In this document: positions 15,001 to 22,100 of the stretch, piece by piece | Layout of the letters: the number at the start of each line of letters is the position of its first letter | How positions within the stretch are numbered: position 1 is the stretch's first letter | Origin: a virus | Direction: 5' to 3' (one strand) | DNA: 64,000 nt | IMG/VR virus record: IMGVR_UViG_3300045974_000156 | Span: 19,892-83,891 of that record | Notes under the pieces: model-generated | Seen by the model: the letters and a program-made list of their open reading frames with translations, nothing else | Told to the model about the DNA's origin: nothing | Database searches by the model: none | Translations under genes and position numbers: made by a program

Positions 15001-16063
15001 AAGTGTCAACGCTTCGGACGGGTCTATAGCCGGTGTGGTCATAAACCCAAGAATTTCAGAATCCTGCATCTCAACTGATGGTAATGACGTAATAGAGCGT
15101 ATCGCTTCTCGTTTATCTGAATCCGCTGTCGCATCTGATAGGTATGTGGTTGGAATTGCGTTCGGTAGAACCTCAAGCGAGCGCAGCGTCCCGACTGACT
15201 TGATGACTCAACGCGCCCGCATGGTCGCAGGATATATCGACAGCCCAGTAGCTTACGAAGAGTCGGGTATATTCGGAATGGCACCTGGTACACAGGTCGA
15301 GTACATAACCCCGGATGACTCTCAGGGCTCAACAGTCTCTACGGTGAACCACTCTGTTGAAGTCCTCGACCCAAGCGAAGGTCAGCACAGCGGCGTATCT
15401 CACAATGTATTTGGGTCTGAATACTTTGACGGGTCTGACGAGAGCGAAGGCAAGCTTGGAGTAGCCCACATAGCTGTAAATATGCAATCATCTTCGATAT
15501 TCAGCGAGGACCTATCTGTCGTAGCTAGCATCTCTGGAAACGATATCTCTACTGGTAACGTAAACACACTTATGGGTACAGGTATTTTATTAAATATCGA
15601 CATGAGTTCAGTGTCTTCCATGACCAACAAGATAATAAGTCGTCAACGTCACGAGGATGATATAAGCTACATCTCCGATGCAACGCAAGATAACAATAAC
15701 TACACTTATTTCTATATATTCTGTGGCTTCGATGGAATCTCAACCCTACCGTCCAACAAGAGACTAATGTATAAGAAATACGATAGCTTAGGTCTAAGAT
15801 TTATGATAGATATAGATCAATATCTTGATATGGCTGGACTAGGTTCTGTAGTTGACGCTATCCTGACCACACCTTCAGGTCTAGTAAATATCACAGACTT
15901 GAATGTAAATGTCATCGACGCTGAACACCACTCCATGATGATTTCGATGCCTGCATACATACTTACAAATCTACAGAAGGGTGCCTATACACTAGACTTA
16001 GGCATAACAGACCCAACCGGAACTCGCAGGTCGCTATATAGAGGACCTGTTATAATTATCTAA
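2..16063 (+). CDS. Giant virion fibre/appendage-like protein (>5331 aa, 5'-truncated): repeated beta-rich globular domains, two head-spike-fibre-like domains, ~3000 aa of acidic 21-22 aa repeats, C-terminal BppU/Ig-like adaptor domain
   Basis: The frame is open from nt 2 (QTGDLLIIQANN... in frame with the GTG at 68), so the true start is upstream of the window. Recurrent GDLL..GWT..YWK..AYRG.D..NPID domains. D/E/S/Q-rich repeats from ~6100 to ~15450. C-terminal GAYTLDLGITDPTGTRRSLYRG. Adjacent to the capsid gene. Confidence 0.75.
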   Translation, partial: QTGDLLIIQANNIGAGQTTPVPVAPGWTLLNSYAACLDAFWYKIAVLPEQPVTLQTTTPNCSFSAVMVAYRGVDQNNPIDVYHDYEAECGANSQVSSTVTPNYANDTLLYFAYYWTSGTVSAFVSLTGATPTQRAIANIHDTWGYTGTAIYEGAGPTKPGIASGTTTVNINGTAANNCIAGMMVALKGATVADILVGNVSFGTKDDGTMYATPIDGNQSKNHVSVSESEDNDTYDSFDVGVRVKAQEIETENINLTTIPTLVGWGVTAYSEGPTITVQVPTDLQVGDLLLLPWFNFGPQLVPPTGWTAAGANLYWDLYDGTQTSVTLTGGSPGASGASAANIIAYRGADQNNPIDVQATSFGTNVLSLIIPSVTTRNANERILDVGLFFNIYTDPVWNGGPITYSSSIYPLTGTFANWSEGFAFCDSTKPVAGATGTTTLTTATNSANFYGWKYAINPATGDDYSVGFWSARTELDTYTYALDSDVQRGGINLGRMGILEAYTPVDNCDSKLKSANRENDITTPNSITYIGNSPPTIWQSNVATIQVPDNVQAGDVLIFVASCIVVNGYPPTISGAWNTIYGGPYIGAYWKYHDGIDTSFTVNGVGYYGTGVIEAYRGCDPINPIGATLSAGNAALSTYTIGSITPYDGQSTVIAVGVSVSQSQAMSWLPPTGLATNLRDQTLANVYAQYWDSISIWDAPQYIQGATGTETLSWTAGTYDNLAGLLFSLSPVSSYPDEDEDMGLFLGKKALETYTFAAQDLPLKNISFGTVYGDGVLNATPIDGQTLKLKSGDEFVDSVSPQDGNEAKYKSTNAELEYVSPQESATYEYYGVSGHDLVARDIIESEAILQDSNNAKFKITAAEIEYPTPQEDCDFSYSSANKEAESTQLSISPLPYFVGAGPLVFTYTALGGVTPSIPSGTLAGDLMLLVTFTSNYNGAGLTKPSADWTLVDPSGYREWTLYYKFATGSDTSPTVYGVSNNNGAAYIATYRNVDNTTPFDSYASAGGAFNASTTYTSDPYTLPVSLLSNYFFSISISGSATTQRFAQGDPNSFTQYVLDGPFAYSTKTNTETVTVGGNGAINIFSFSLNAKNPFTVDSNTLGLITQKEESEAAIPQEVQTGRYGTNNSQSETYVVAQDIYATGNRPPGTFADSTQPLDSFDVGIAFAGKESDSGQPADTYAKSNNPNRDLQDYVTPQDSNNLKFRAGISYDDGPIPQEDLDLGLKVNGKELEPVAPLFYFQGITPTEFPPEINNFYTYTSTLSGPYGSPLAPDGTATAYSVGTPLGTGPNAFYLLGPSPTYVTGNQYEIGFWAKYGGGTQPVVYTCTDKVNVFFDVSTGLVNNTYQPLVPGVDYDTISMTQLGSTGWYYCYCKFTARQTYTNATFGQLIWGLTNNTGYSTSGDLIYIWKGTVALPGSSINTPQDDVDYLLVSPREEQDTLVVSGDNQTLKLNSGSPELEVLFPQEDVDAAFSIQAQEADAGDPEDAYSYDFLDSSGRGNSYSKDQSESVMASDSSKSSFRINLSEAEAVAAQDQEIIGSVKLTRQEVDLSSGMINLTATQALPSQIGSWVTSTATLSGPLGSPGAADGSPDAYSISTPIAAGPNTYYLTGTTQTYVVGNTYSFGFWALKGPGSSNYVWYSTDSAKLYFDLYNGVFYPNGAVQNTDYSTVSIIEYGDTGWYYCYGTFKARVTSKQEQWGIYNGTAYSQAGDTIYVWNDTDRSLAQTGSGLFGRIYGNSTPLDAQVSMFGINAEESETLTPSDSIPATTISYTVAYQDSVTAQDSSNSRLKSANQELDYLEAGQDNDDQDARFKVRAAESESESLGKTPPTFVNTGAFTATPSTLIQVPIPAETQAGDALIFYFYGGYYPPTLSGWNQFCVNTINNGNNSAIYWKIALGSGLDIYPIIGDGVNFATAMIVAYRNCNPVNPIDSYGIGGNTSTTSASIAGVRTLSSNTLPIVIATNNTSGTPAGFNTPTGACTTQRAFGSGLAGNTIGQVLWEGSVQPSAGFTNAGETITATALSYSVSGILINLASSGGIDSEDSELVTIGQKIETQIVSDESQKSNFSITQSIKEIILGASDTGSWDYLSGSHTGNVYNRNQSDSIQLIDVNGQSQFVLTEISESIIPQDLAAGSPSFIMDEVESVAGFDDIYTGQSITATQVETEIPLDFDQGGRAYLASEQDLDVVAIELESDAEQVGTAEIETQVITPDEESDSYQISTNLSEQVEALDSQYVSIISGADYSQEDSLYPDDSQDVGQTYNGEQLDGDLQASDEEDLLSSNGVDQLEGDTTPVDDQIAGVLNASDLSQEDDLYADESQDGGVLNGSDQSIEDNITLSDEQDLGLGLGSQIDEEVYPDELHDSNIDINCETLEGDLYADDSQYAGIAQGSDNSQENSLYTDDQQDLGLNVGSETQESSISTDDQQELGLDLGSEIQEWDLYTVESQDNGTLIGYGISQEEIAQSEDSQDSGVTPGSDNSQEDTLYADDQQELGLDLGSDTQEEAPYASDAQELTIISSSEYQDYDIYAGESQEAGLAQGSDNSQEEVLYTDDQHDLGLGLGSDIQEVDVYTSEQQDLILYIATEESESDQILESQDSNYTITADESNSVEGVDLEIESEDCTTNISEKLTTYAQEEVSASISSEESDDLEPVDGQDFTLTVIGELFESGQGSDLEEINQILAGELDESATGETQEGVALALTRAELEYETISDEQEDAYFDITAESSDYAQGSDLEDSILSATVEISEQAEASSEETTNKTLWASESDDWQPSDEITVGNTIGLDDSAYTSADESEDSIYSIPASLYETAEGSDEGTGSVVATSDINESTLGYGEEDTALNLGSDNSQEESPYLDDSQESGLIQGSDNAQNDDLQSSELQDSIQVSSLDTQDQVPYADDVQDFATIIGLDSSQELYADESQIGAIPHAVELPESTEAQDSQDLLVYASDDESESTEAQESQDVSYVITAEQSEFIVGVDEEVDSEYCTTNILEYVITKDELESGSFINSVLSDSLEASDEVGASVAFAEDLYDSEEAQDSETLELNLGSSELDLNEVSPEDYEVEGLDLSVSILDYQETNDSYASLPSLELTESESAEPSDLGEASVQTTSAQADDTQGDDFEQAVGEFAGELSESVEGVDQQDAYESLSGELSESGQGSDPQDASYLSANELNEQAQVEDSCSASVLATAELSEQEEGSSQETTGLTISEVAEEAIQPLDEQELQLVLTSSEAELWQGEYSEDSSYDITAEESNHLISAELETESEDVNSNINESSKPEDEQDASHSIALGLEEQAQGLDFSDSATEITLDVVEYATSSDDQDLLLEIRSDLEEYVSGQDIQDLGNVLLADESESVQPEDNQEQLYSLSLDQSESVSGQDNQDPSITIAQDISESVSGQDSQETVASLSLDTSDSAMGVDEQNSSETVHGALEGSQETSAEQDQTLALGSEQSESPVPSDDQEYLLLQIFYDEASETISGSDEQNCALIAHVEVSESQESDDQQDLGLQLSSDMQEATEPEDYESACNLIVSIEYEDIGVVADEEIESETCTTNMSERLHSSESEDSQYSITAEEFEELTWLDPQDSANTLDQSIEEYFTGSDDQNLEITLQSSLADYVEPSDETDCTLHVASEIAEVQVADDSQDYILSSLIEEEEFVSGYENQDSNIGVSTYSSESQGTYDNEDSSGIVPVELYEEEVTLDDQSVTNSVTADYIDSQISEDSLDSIESLSASTSDHATCHDDQVSAIVTPSEELESQEFNESSDIAMLLGLDLEESEEATEYSIETTSLMSEEYEVIVNPADDEVNAEDCTTNINEFSNPAEGQDSRFQVLNSQEESQLADDNQEIGLGVGTETLESSDQASDESVIVIGSGATDVGTPHAAPYESEATQIAIGSEDYNDSATALDYQTDGIHYGANSGSDQIENPITQDIYDTAIKLGSASVLEQYTVVSDNFDRGLNISAFMADYQGSASSGDGFGTGFQTDAFQVGIVSVAGSQVQPADAEISTIDLGAQPVNGHYIYSRNLSEYTAPSETEQLKLLISGLYSDSISDLADLVSNTYVLSTNSLETAQPKDDGDHKLNIVAEESDSVQPSDDQDIGILSGSDYSQMEFVQAPDESLELGLNLSAYNLDSTQPQDDEDMSLAVGSDQTEGDLQSSDSQESIFQVYVLSESVQAAEDISDLSLNVFSEEEDSDAQGSDQDNANVILTSDIDENVQGSESEDAQAAYTADTSEYGQALESEEVNNILSSDLSEEASGYDNQDLVIYLLVTQSDDILGYESADAQVAVSLDISESVSGYENETQAIEGGAQSEYAQGSDEQDCILLMVSVDESESAEPSDALDITLLVGTEELEQALAADQEVDSINIESAESYDIWEASDLEQASAIYSDSVSEYELGYDEDDSGLVLGTELSESSIGSDLSDVTSIITSETSEYVSPDDQGDSSLDSNNDQIDSLQVSDLESAAGLLQPADSEEDITSDDNYDTVENLAASEIESLESTDEQDNIGNLVAESLEYLAGSDDQDADFNITASLDESVNPSDESDCALILELDITEDADPMDLESESEDLTTNLKDFSTPSDENDSSLDSSNEEVDELLGSDLEAAGLMQPALDEEDYNTTYDNSDLGLNPGVSEIDSLEGSEAQDSSGIFVTQAVDYSEGSDEQNSNFSIQVSVDESSSPSDESDCALGLVLEQYENISAAEDESDKTESFSAVISDSSASSEEQDCLYSISAQTSDAPEGVDYEYSGISRTHDEAEYTEAVDEQNCTIRTPVYYVDSGSSADDSDLGLNVSCSDSESPRALDVNELGLNLSVEEQEQAQGSDTEIGAIPIAENISEFSEPSDISDAAPSITSVESDDQVADDSYLSAYSGVLTHSESLDAADDQTLSLDSFSEESETCIGSDDCTMSLDLGTGYQASQISVDSEETTMVFRNGYKTGSITLSLFDAGSMFDRDISDQVFSYDDCDSIQPLGATELESLTPSDSQNQSSQNGNNSTESVNASDGSIAGVVINPRISESCISTDGNDVIERIASRLSESAVASDRYVVGIAFGRTSSERSVPTDLMTQRARMVAGYIDSPVAYEESGIFGMAPGTQVEYITPDDSQGSTVSTVNHSVEVLDPSEGQHSGVSHNVFGSEYFDGSDESEGKLGVAHIAVNMQSSSIFSEDLSVVASISGNDISTGNVNTLMGTGILLNIDMSSVSSMTNKIISRQRHEDDISYISDATQDNNNYTYFYIFCGFDGISTLPSNKRLMYKKYDSLGLRFMIDIDQYLDMAGLGSVVDAILTTPSGLVNITDLNVNVIDAEHHSMMISMPAYILTNLQKGAYTLDLGITDPTGTRRSLYRGPVIII
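6120..15450 (+). repeat. Degenerate coding tandem repeat, ~63-66 bp (21-22 aa) period, highly acidic
   Basis: For example GSETQESSISTDDQQELGLDL / GSDNSQEDTLYADDQQELGLDL / GSDNSQEEVLYTDDQHDLGLGL at ~7170-7700. The E-x5-D spacing continues throughout. Confidence 0.8.
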
Positions 16064-16186
16064 GGTATACTAGACCAGATTTTATAGGAACTAACGTGAA
16101 AAAGACTTTTACAATTATCCCTAATATGACTGACGGGTGGGACTATATCCTACAGATAACTAACGTCAATAAGGTTCGGAGATAAT

Positions 16187-19100
16187 ATGACAGTCGTTAC
16201 TAGCGCGAGCGCCTCTGTGTCAGGTACCAACATAACAGTTAGCTGGTCGTGCCCATATTATCCTTATAGTTGGACGATCAGTGGAAGTATTTACAATTCA
16301 GTTCCTGGAGGCAGTAGAAGTTATACATTTACAGGGGTAGGGGCTGGCACTTATTCATTTCAGGTAGGTCCAACGCCTGGTGGTGGTATAGCTGATACAT
16401 CTACAAGGGCAACCAACTCAGTAACAGTATTTACACCGCCTAGCGCGCCAAGAACCATAGTAGCCTCACTGGGTACTATAGATGCAAATGGCAATTACCC
16501 CATAAACCTGTCTTGGCTAGCACCCTCCAGTACAGGAGGATCGGCTATCACCGGATATACAGTCACACCCTCTCCTGCTGCACCTGGTTCTACTATATCA
16601 ATAACAGGTACTACAGCGGTAGTCAGTAAATTAGCTAGAGGGCAAACATACATATTTACGGTACGGGCTGGTAATGCATATGGTACAGGACTTGGGGCGA
16701 ATTCAAACTCTATCCAGGATGGTATTCAGACAGTACCGGGAGCCTCAACTGGTGTAGTAGCCTCAACATCCGGAATAGGTGCAGGGGTAACGATAAATCT
16801 AAGCTGGACTGCCCCTGTGGATACCGGAGGTGTGGCGATCACTGGCTACAACGTAGCACCTTCACCAGCCATACCGGGCAGTACTACCGTGGTGAACCTG
16901 GCTGCCAAGACTGCTGTTATTTCAAATATTCCATACTCTGCACCTCCCACTCTGTATACAAATACGTTCACTGTAAGTGCTAGCAATATAGTAGGCACAG
17001 GTCCGGATAGCGACCCTTCCAACAGCATATATCTGTTATACGGTACTCTACACAACAATGGGTATCTGGATTACCAAACAACATCACAAGATCCGTTCGA
17101 TTCTGGTAATAATCTAAGACCCAAATTAGAGGTAGACACCCTAACACTAACAGGACCGACAGTAGATAAATATGCCAAGAGTAATAATCCATTTGGCGAA
17201 AGAGAAGAATACGTAACACCATATGATAATTACAAAGGTGGTTTCAAGCTTGGAAATAACACCTACATAGACGACCAATTAGCAGTACCTGAAGATGCCT
17301 GTGATGGAATAAAGTCACTAAAGGTAAAACAAGAAGAGTACTCGACACCAAAAGATAACCTATTCGATGCAGCTAAGATCGTCAATAAAGAGATACAGGA
17401 AAGTCCCACAACATTTGATAAGGTCAACGCCGGTCTTCATGTGTTTTCAGAACAGGAGGACGACCTACTCTCACCTTTAGAATATAACGATCTCAAGTTA
17501 AAAATCAGTGTTTCATTCTTAGAGCAAATGCCAGAACCCCAGGATGGGATAGAGTGGGAGTATATCTCCGGGCTTCACTACGGTATTTATCGTCGCAACC
17601 AAGAAGAATACCCACACCCAGACGATGCATGTGATTGTAGGTATAGTATCGGGGCTAAGGCTAAGGGGGCTGAAGCCCCAACCCTTAGCGATGGTTGCCT
17701 TACAGCTCTACCTTACAACGATAAGATAAAAGAATACGTATCAGGCCCTGCGGATGGTTATATAGGTGGGCATCATGTGATGGCTGAGTATATAGACTCT
17801 GAGACACAACCTATATTGCAAGATGGTAATGATGCTGGTTTTGGGTATTTTGCAGAACAACATGATGATAACGATACAATATTTACAGACTCTGAAACGT
17901 CCTTTAGATACTATGGCACTACAGGATTTGAAAAAAATCTAGAAGGACCCCTGGACAAATGGGCTAATAATATAAGTTATGTAATAGGCTTCAAGGATGA
18001 CGGACCTATATGCTATGAGGACCAAAAAGCAGGCATTATTTGGGGTGTAAATCAAGAAGATTATGCCACTGCATCGGCTGAAGGGACCAGTGAGAAGATC
18101 GGTTCTCTCGTGTATGGCGAGGAGCTTGATTATAATTCTGCCTGGCAGGACACCAAAGATCCTATTCAGTTCTGGGTACCTGCCTCACAACCATGGCTTG
18201 CTAGCTCAGGTATAAGTTCTGTAAATAGAACGACAGTAACACTTCCACCAGAAATGTTAAAGGGTGATGTACTGATCCTTGTATTTATTCATTATAACAG
18301 CAGCATAGATGCTGCCGGGTATACAAAACTGGGTACTAGACAACTATTAGATTGGGGCGACGGTGCCTTCAGTTATGCAGATATTTATTGGAAACGTGCA
18401 ACTGGGCTAGAGTCACCACTCCCCATAGAAGTTAACGATGTAGGCACATTTGCCCAGATATATGCTTTCCGAGATTGTAATCCTGAAAACCCGCCAATCG
18501 AGCAGTTCCAGATGGGCGATGGCAGTACACTATCATTTACGTCCAGTATAGATAGCACAGAACCAATATACATCGGTATTACTTCTACCTTGGGAGATTA
18601 TGGTCCACTCATTTCCGTAGCCGATCCTTTGTACTTCCCAGTCTCAGGTGTCAATCTTTTTAATCTCGGAGTCGGCGTAAACGTAGAAATATGGGAGGGT
18701 TACCAACCACAGGCTGGTTCCATCTTGTCAGGTACCTCTTCTCCGACTGGTGGTGGTTGTGTAAATGCGTTATTTAATTTCATTGCCATACCTGGGTACT
18801 GGACCAATGTTTCGACCGCAGCAATTATCACTACTGGTGAGATAAATGAAGAAAAAAATGTCATAGCTTTTGATGACTATACCTTCGATTATAAGAGCGG
18901 TCATGGTGGCTATGTATATAATAGAGCCCTAGAAGAGACAATAACCCTACAGGATCAGCCGTTATTCCATGACGAAATGTTCTTGATAGATCCCTATAAA
19001 TATGCGGAAGAGTCTGATATGTGTGATGTGACCCCATCAGACGACTCTAGGGCTGGTAAGTATGTACTGGTTGAGTCAGATCAGGGTGATGTCATAGACC

Positions 19101-22100
19101 TGGATTACAAATTCACTACCGTACAGTTCCTACTATTAGGTCAAAAAGAAGATAAGATATCCGCCCCGAAGGATAAATGCGACTGTCATATTTCAGTTAA
19201 TAGTGATAAATCAGAGTCCATAACAACCAACGTGGCTCCATTCTTCGTCGGAAATGGACCCCCAGCAGTCATATCAAAGCCTGCATTAAATAACGGAAGA
19301 ACACCCAATCTAAGCATTACACCATGGGCAGCAATACTACCGAGAGATTTTCTATTAGCCACAGTTCATGCCTCAGACGTTCCTCCTGCATCAGCATATG
19401 CCGCTAATGCCGCAGTAGCCGTAGCAGCAGCTACCGCAGCAAATGATGTTGCTGTCGCCGCAGCCGCAGCCGCAGCCGCAGCCCCTAGTGACGTAAACCT
19501 TGCAGCAATTGCTGTATCCACCGCTGCTGCCGCATCCAAGGCTGCAACGACTTCTGCCATAGCATCATCTGTAGCCACAGATGCAGCCGATCCTGCTGGT
19601 GCTGCAATGCGGGCTGCCACCAACGCTGCCGCAACTGCCGCAACTGCCGCCAGAACAGCAGCTAATGCAGCTACTGCTGCCGCTAATGCCGCCGCCGCCA
19701 TCGTGGCTGCCGCCGCCGCCTTAGAGGCTGTAGATCCTGGCGCTGCCTTACGAGCCGCAGAGGCTACTGCCGCCGCAGCCTCCGCATATGTACTTGACAC
19801 CATAGCTGCTGCAATTTCAGCCACCAGTGACGCAGCCATTGCAATCTCTAACGCCCGTAATGCCGCTGCAACTGCCGCTAATGCCGCCGCCGCCGCAGCC
19901 AACATAGCCACGATTGCTGCCACCTCGGCATCAAACGCATCAAACTCTTTAATCAATGCCGCCGCTGCAATGGTAGCTGCTGCCTTGGGTAATGCAAATC
20001 TCATTGCCGCAAACTCTGCTGCCCGAACTGCTGCAACCTCAACCTCAACCGCCGCAGTGGCTGCCAATACCAGAAGTCTCGCAGCAGCAAATGCATTAAC
20101 TGCCGCCGGGGCTGCTGAAGCCGCAGCTTCGATAGCCACCATAGCCATAAACGACGCTGCGGCTTCTCCTTATGATCAGGATCTAGCTAACGCTGCCGCA
20201 TCCGCTGCTAGTGCTGCTGCTAGTGCCACCGTCGTCGCCGCAACTGCCGCAGCACAAAATCATGCAGCCTTTGTAACTGCCATTATCCCTGCATCGAGCC
20301 GCGCAGACGCAGCCACTACAATTGCCAATAATGCCTCTAGTGCTTCAGATGCTGTTGCTTCCATAGCAGTAGCTTCTCCATTAAATATTCACATAGTCGC
20401 AGCCTCTAATGCAGTAAACGCCGCAGCGATTGCTGCATCCACTTACGCTTCTGACGCCGCAGATGATGCTGTTGCGATTACCAATGCTTCTCTGGCTGCC
20501 GATGCTGCCGAAATAGCAACTTCCGATGCTGCTAGCGTGACTACGCCAATCGCAACCGCTGGGTTTATTAATAGCCAAGCAGTCCTGAATGCTATATCTA
20601 CAGCCGCAGCCGCAGATCCTGCTGCTGTTATCGCTCATGCCTCCAGAGCCTCCACAGCCGCCGACATAGCTCTCGCCGCTGCCGCTGCCGCAACAACTGC
20701 TGCTGATGCCGCTGATGCTGCTGCAATTGCAACTGCCGCAGCCACGACACCAACTGCCGCTGCAACTGCCGCCGACGCTACAGCTACAGCCACCGCAACT
20801 GCCGCCGACGCTACAGCTACAGCCTCGGGTAATGCAGGACTTGTGGTTTTCACAACGGAAGACTCAAACCTCGTTACAACCGCAAAAACTTCTGCTGGGT
20901 ATGCAGACTCTGCCGCAACTGCTGCATTCCGAGCAGCAGATAGGGCTACTGCCACAGCCTTAGATCCTTCCGTTATTGCCGCAGCCAGAGCAACAACAGC
21001 CATTGCCGCAGCCGCAGCCGCTCCAGATGACCAGAATCTAGCTCATGCCGCAACTGTTGCTATTGCTAATGCAGCCGCAAACCCACCCAAGGGTATAGTA
21101 TTCCATAGTGATTGGACCGTCTTACCAGTCTGCGGTCCAATGCACGCCTTCTGGAAGATAACGACAGGCGCAGAGCCACCTGTCATAATACCTTCAGTCC
21201 AGAACCATGTAGTTATGGGATCCATTACTGCTTATAGAGGTGTCGATGTAGCTTATGCTGATCCTATTACTGATATAGGACCAAGCATGTCTGATACGAA
21301 GAAGGGTCCCACTTCTGGTTATGGTGGTCAAACTTACGACGGATCTACACCTTATGTCCCGGGTGAACAGCAATACCCTATATACATATATTATCCAAAG
21401 CTTGTACCCCTCCAAACACTGAGTTATCAATTACCATCACCCTCACCAAAGGGACCTCATGAGAGGATGATTGCAATCACAGGGTACAATCTAAACGGCG
21501 GCGGTTCCGGCTTTTATCCATCTACTACTAAAGATCCAGATCCTAAGACACACATCTTGCCTGGGCTCATGCCTTATACAAGAAATGTACTGAGCGGGAA
21601 TGGACCTACGATACCCTATACATACAATGATGTCCTTCAAGTAATTAATGGATCCGGGTCAACGATCTCTAAAACAAATCAAGTTGGAACCGGATGGGGA
21701 ACTTATATATTCGACGGTGACACTATTAATGAAGGTCCATCCGAAGCACCTCTCCCAGTTTTACAGGTGTACGCACCGACTAGGACCACATTCTATGGAT
21801 TTGTGATATCTCTACGGGGTTCGTTTATCTCAAATACAGAGAATGCTGGCGTTAATATGAATCGGGTGTCAGATGACCCTAATTATGTAACATCTCTGGA
21901 TAATTACGAAGTAGAAGTTAGACCTACTAGGGCTGCACAAAAAGGACCTATAGATCCACCAGATGTTGAAAGTGAACGTCTTTGGATGCCAGGTGGTCCG
22001 TGTAAAGAGAGAGATGTCAAAGGTCCTATAGATTATTGTGATTATGAATACGTACCTGCAAACATGTTAGTATCCTATGATGATCGCCTATTAACAGCTA

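Noticed and set aside
6120-15450. Halophile-type proteome adaptation
   Set aside because: Acidity is limited to this repeat tract; capsid, sheath and enzymes have ordinary or basic composition.
19366-21225. Minus-strand Ala-rich ORFs (260, 122 aa and others)
   Set aside because: Antisense shadows of GCN-rich codons in the real + strand gene. The same applies to the many short antisense ORFs within 68-16063, 32571-38525 and 55001-57490.
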